Shown: positions 63,901 through 64,000 of the stretch, piece after piece
Position numbering within the stretch: the first letter of the stretch is position 1
Layout of the letters: every line of letters begins with the position of its first letter
NCBI GenBank assembly: GCA_964035545.1
Contig: CAXIUT010000103.1
Location: 124,001 to 188,000, forward strand
DNA: 64,000 bases
Reading direction: 5' to 3'
Source: Bugula neritina
Taxonomy: Eukaryota > Animalia > Bryozoa
Position numbers and translations under genes: made by a program
The notes under the pieces: model-generated
The model's database searches: none
What the model saw: only the letters and a program-made list of their open reading frames with translations
Told to the model about the DNA's origin: nothing

Positions 63901-64000
63901 TTTGATGCCTGCTTCAATGACACCAGTGCTTAATTACTGTGTTAACTGTATTGGCACAATGCCATGAGATATTTGGTAATATTTCGCATCACAACAAACT
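54966..64000. repeat. Subfamily B block (mostly B2, 1339-bp units) running to the window end
   Basis: B2 alleles GATAAATTATTC, AATATCGTATAC, TTTCGTTCTTGGCG, GTCGAGATGAGTCATTG; constant 1339-bp spacing. Confidence 0.92.

Larger units (their letters stand above)
1..64000. repeat. Tandem macrosatellite array, ~1.34-kb unit, ~47.75 head-to-tail copies, running off both window ends
   Basis: Anchor AC(G/A)ACTGCCATAAACAATG recurs at 1, 1344, 2688, 4031, 5374, 6714, 8057, 9398, 10741, 12082, 13420, 14758, 16096, 17433, 18772, 20111, 21449, 22787, 24125, 25463, 26800, 28139, 29478, 30817, 32156, 33496, 34839, 36181, 37521, 38864, 40207, 41550, 42894, 44233, 45572, 46911, 48253, 49594, 50933, 52272, 53614, 54958, 56297, 57636, 58975, 60314, 61653 and 62992 (spacing 1337-1344). 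The ORF track shows the same period. Confidence 0.99.

Noticed and set aside
1-64000. 5S rRNA, tRNA, spliced-leader RNA, histone or C/D snoRNA tandem array; CRISPR array
   Set aside because: No 5S or tRNA A/B boxes, no Sm site or stems after the donor, no histone ORF, no correctly spaced RTGATGA...CTGA pair, and no repeat-spacer organisation.

Overview
The whole 64-kb window is one uninterrupted head-to-tail tandem array (macrosatellite) of a 1,337-1,344-bp AT-rich unit (about one-third GC, CpG-depleted): 47 complete copies plus about 0.75 copy, with no unique flanking sequence, inversion or insertion. It is most likely eukaryotic. I recognise no protein-coding gene, rRNA, tRNA, snRNA, CRISPR array or intact mobile element. 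The ORF-track entries are the same few short frames recurring once per unit, and most are broken by frameshifts or stops between copies. The units fall into two subfamilies, A and B, about 6-7% apart by hand count, with sub-variants B1, B2, B3 and a short 'C' patch. They form interleaved blocks with in-register chimeric units and local 2-, 3-, 4/5- and 6/7-unit higher-order duplications. Divergence within the unit is very uneven. A core of about 225 bp is nearly invariant and holds a cluster of SOX-type motifs, hairpins and a 21-codon minus-strand smORF whose variants are mostly synonymous. The most divergent segment overlaps a putative 74-77-nt GT-AG intron whose splice signals are retained. 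Together with three AP-1 motifs, a G-quadruplex tract and a GC box, this suggests (inference only) that each unit is or derives from a small spliced minus-strand transcription unit rather than inert satellite.
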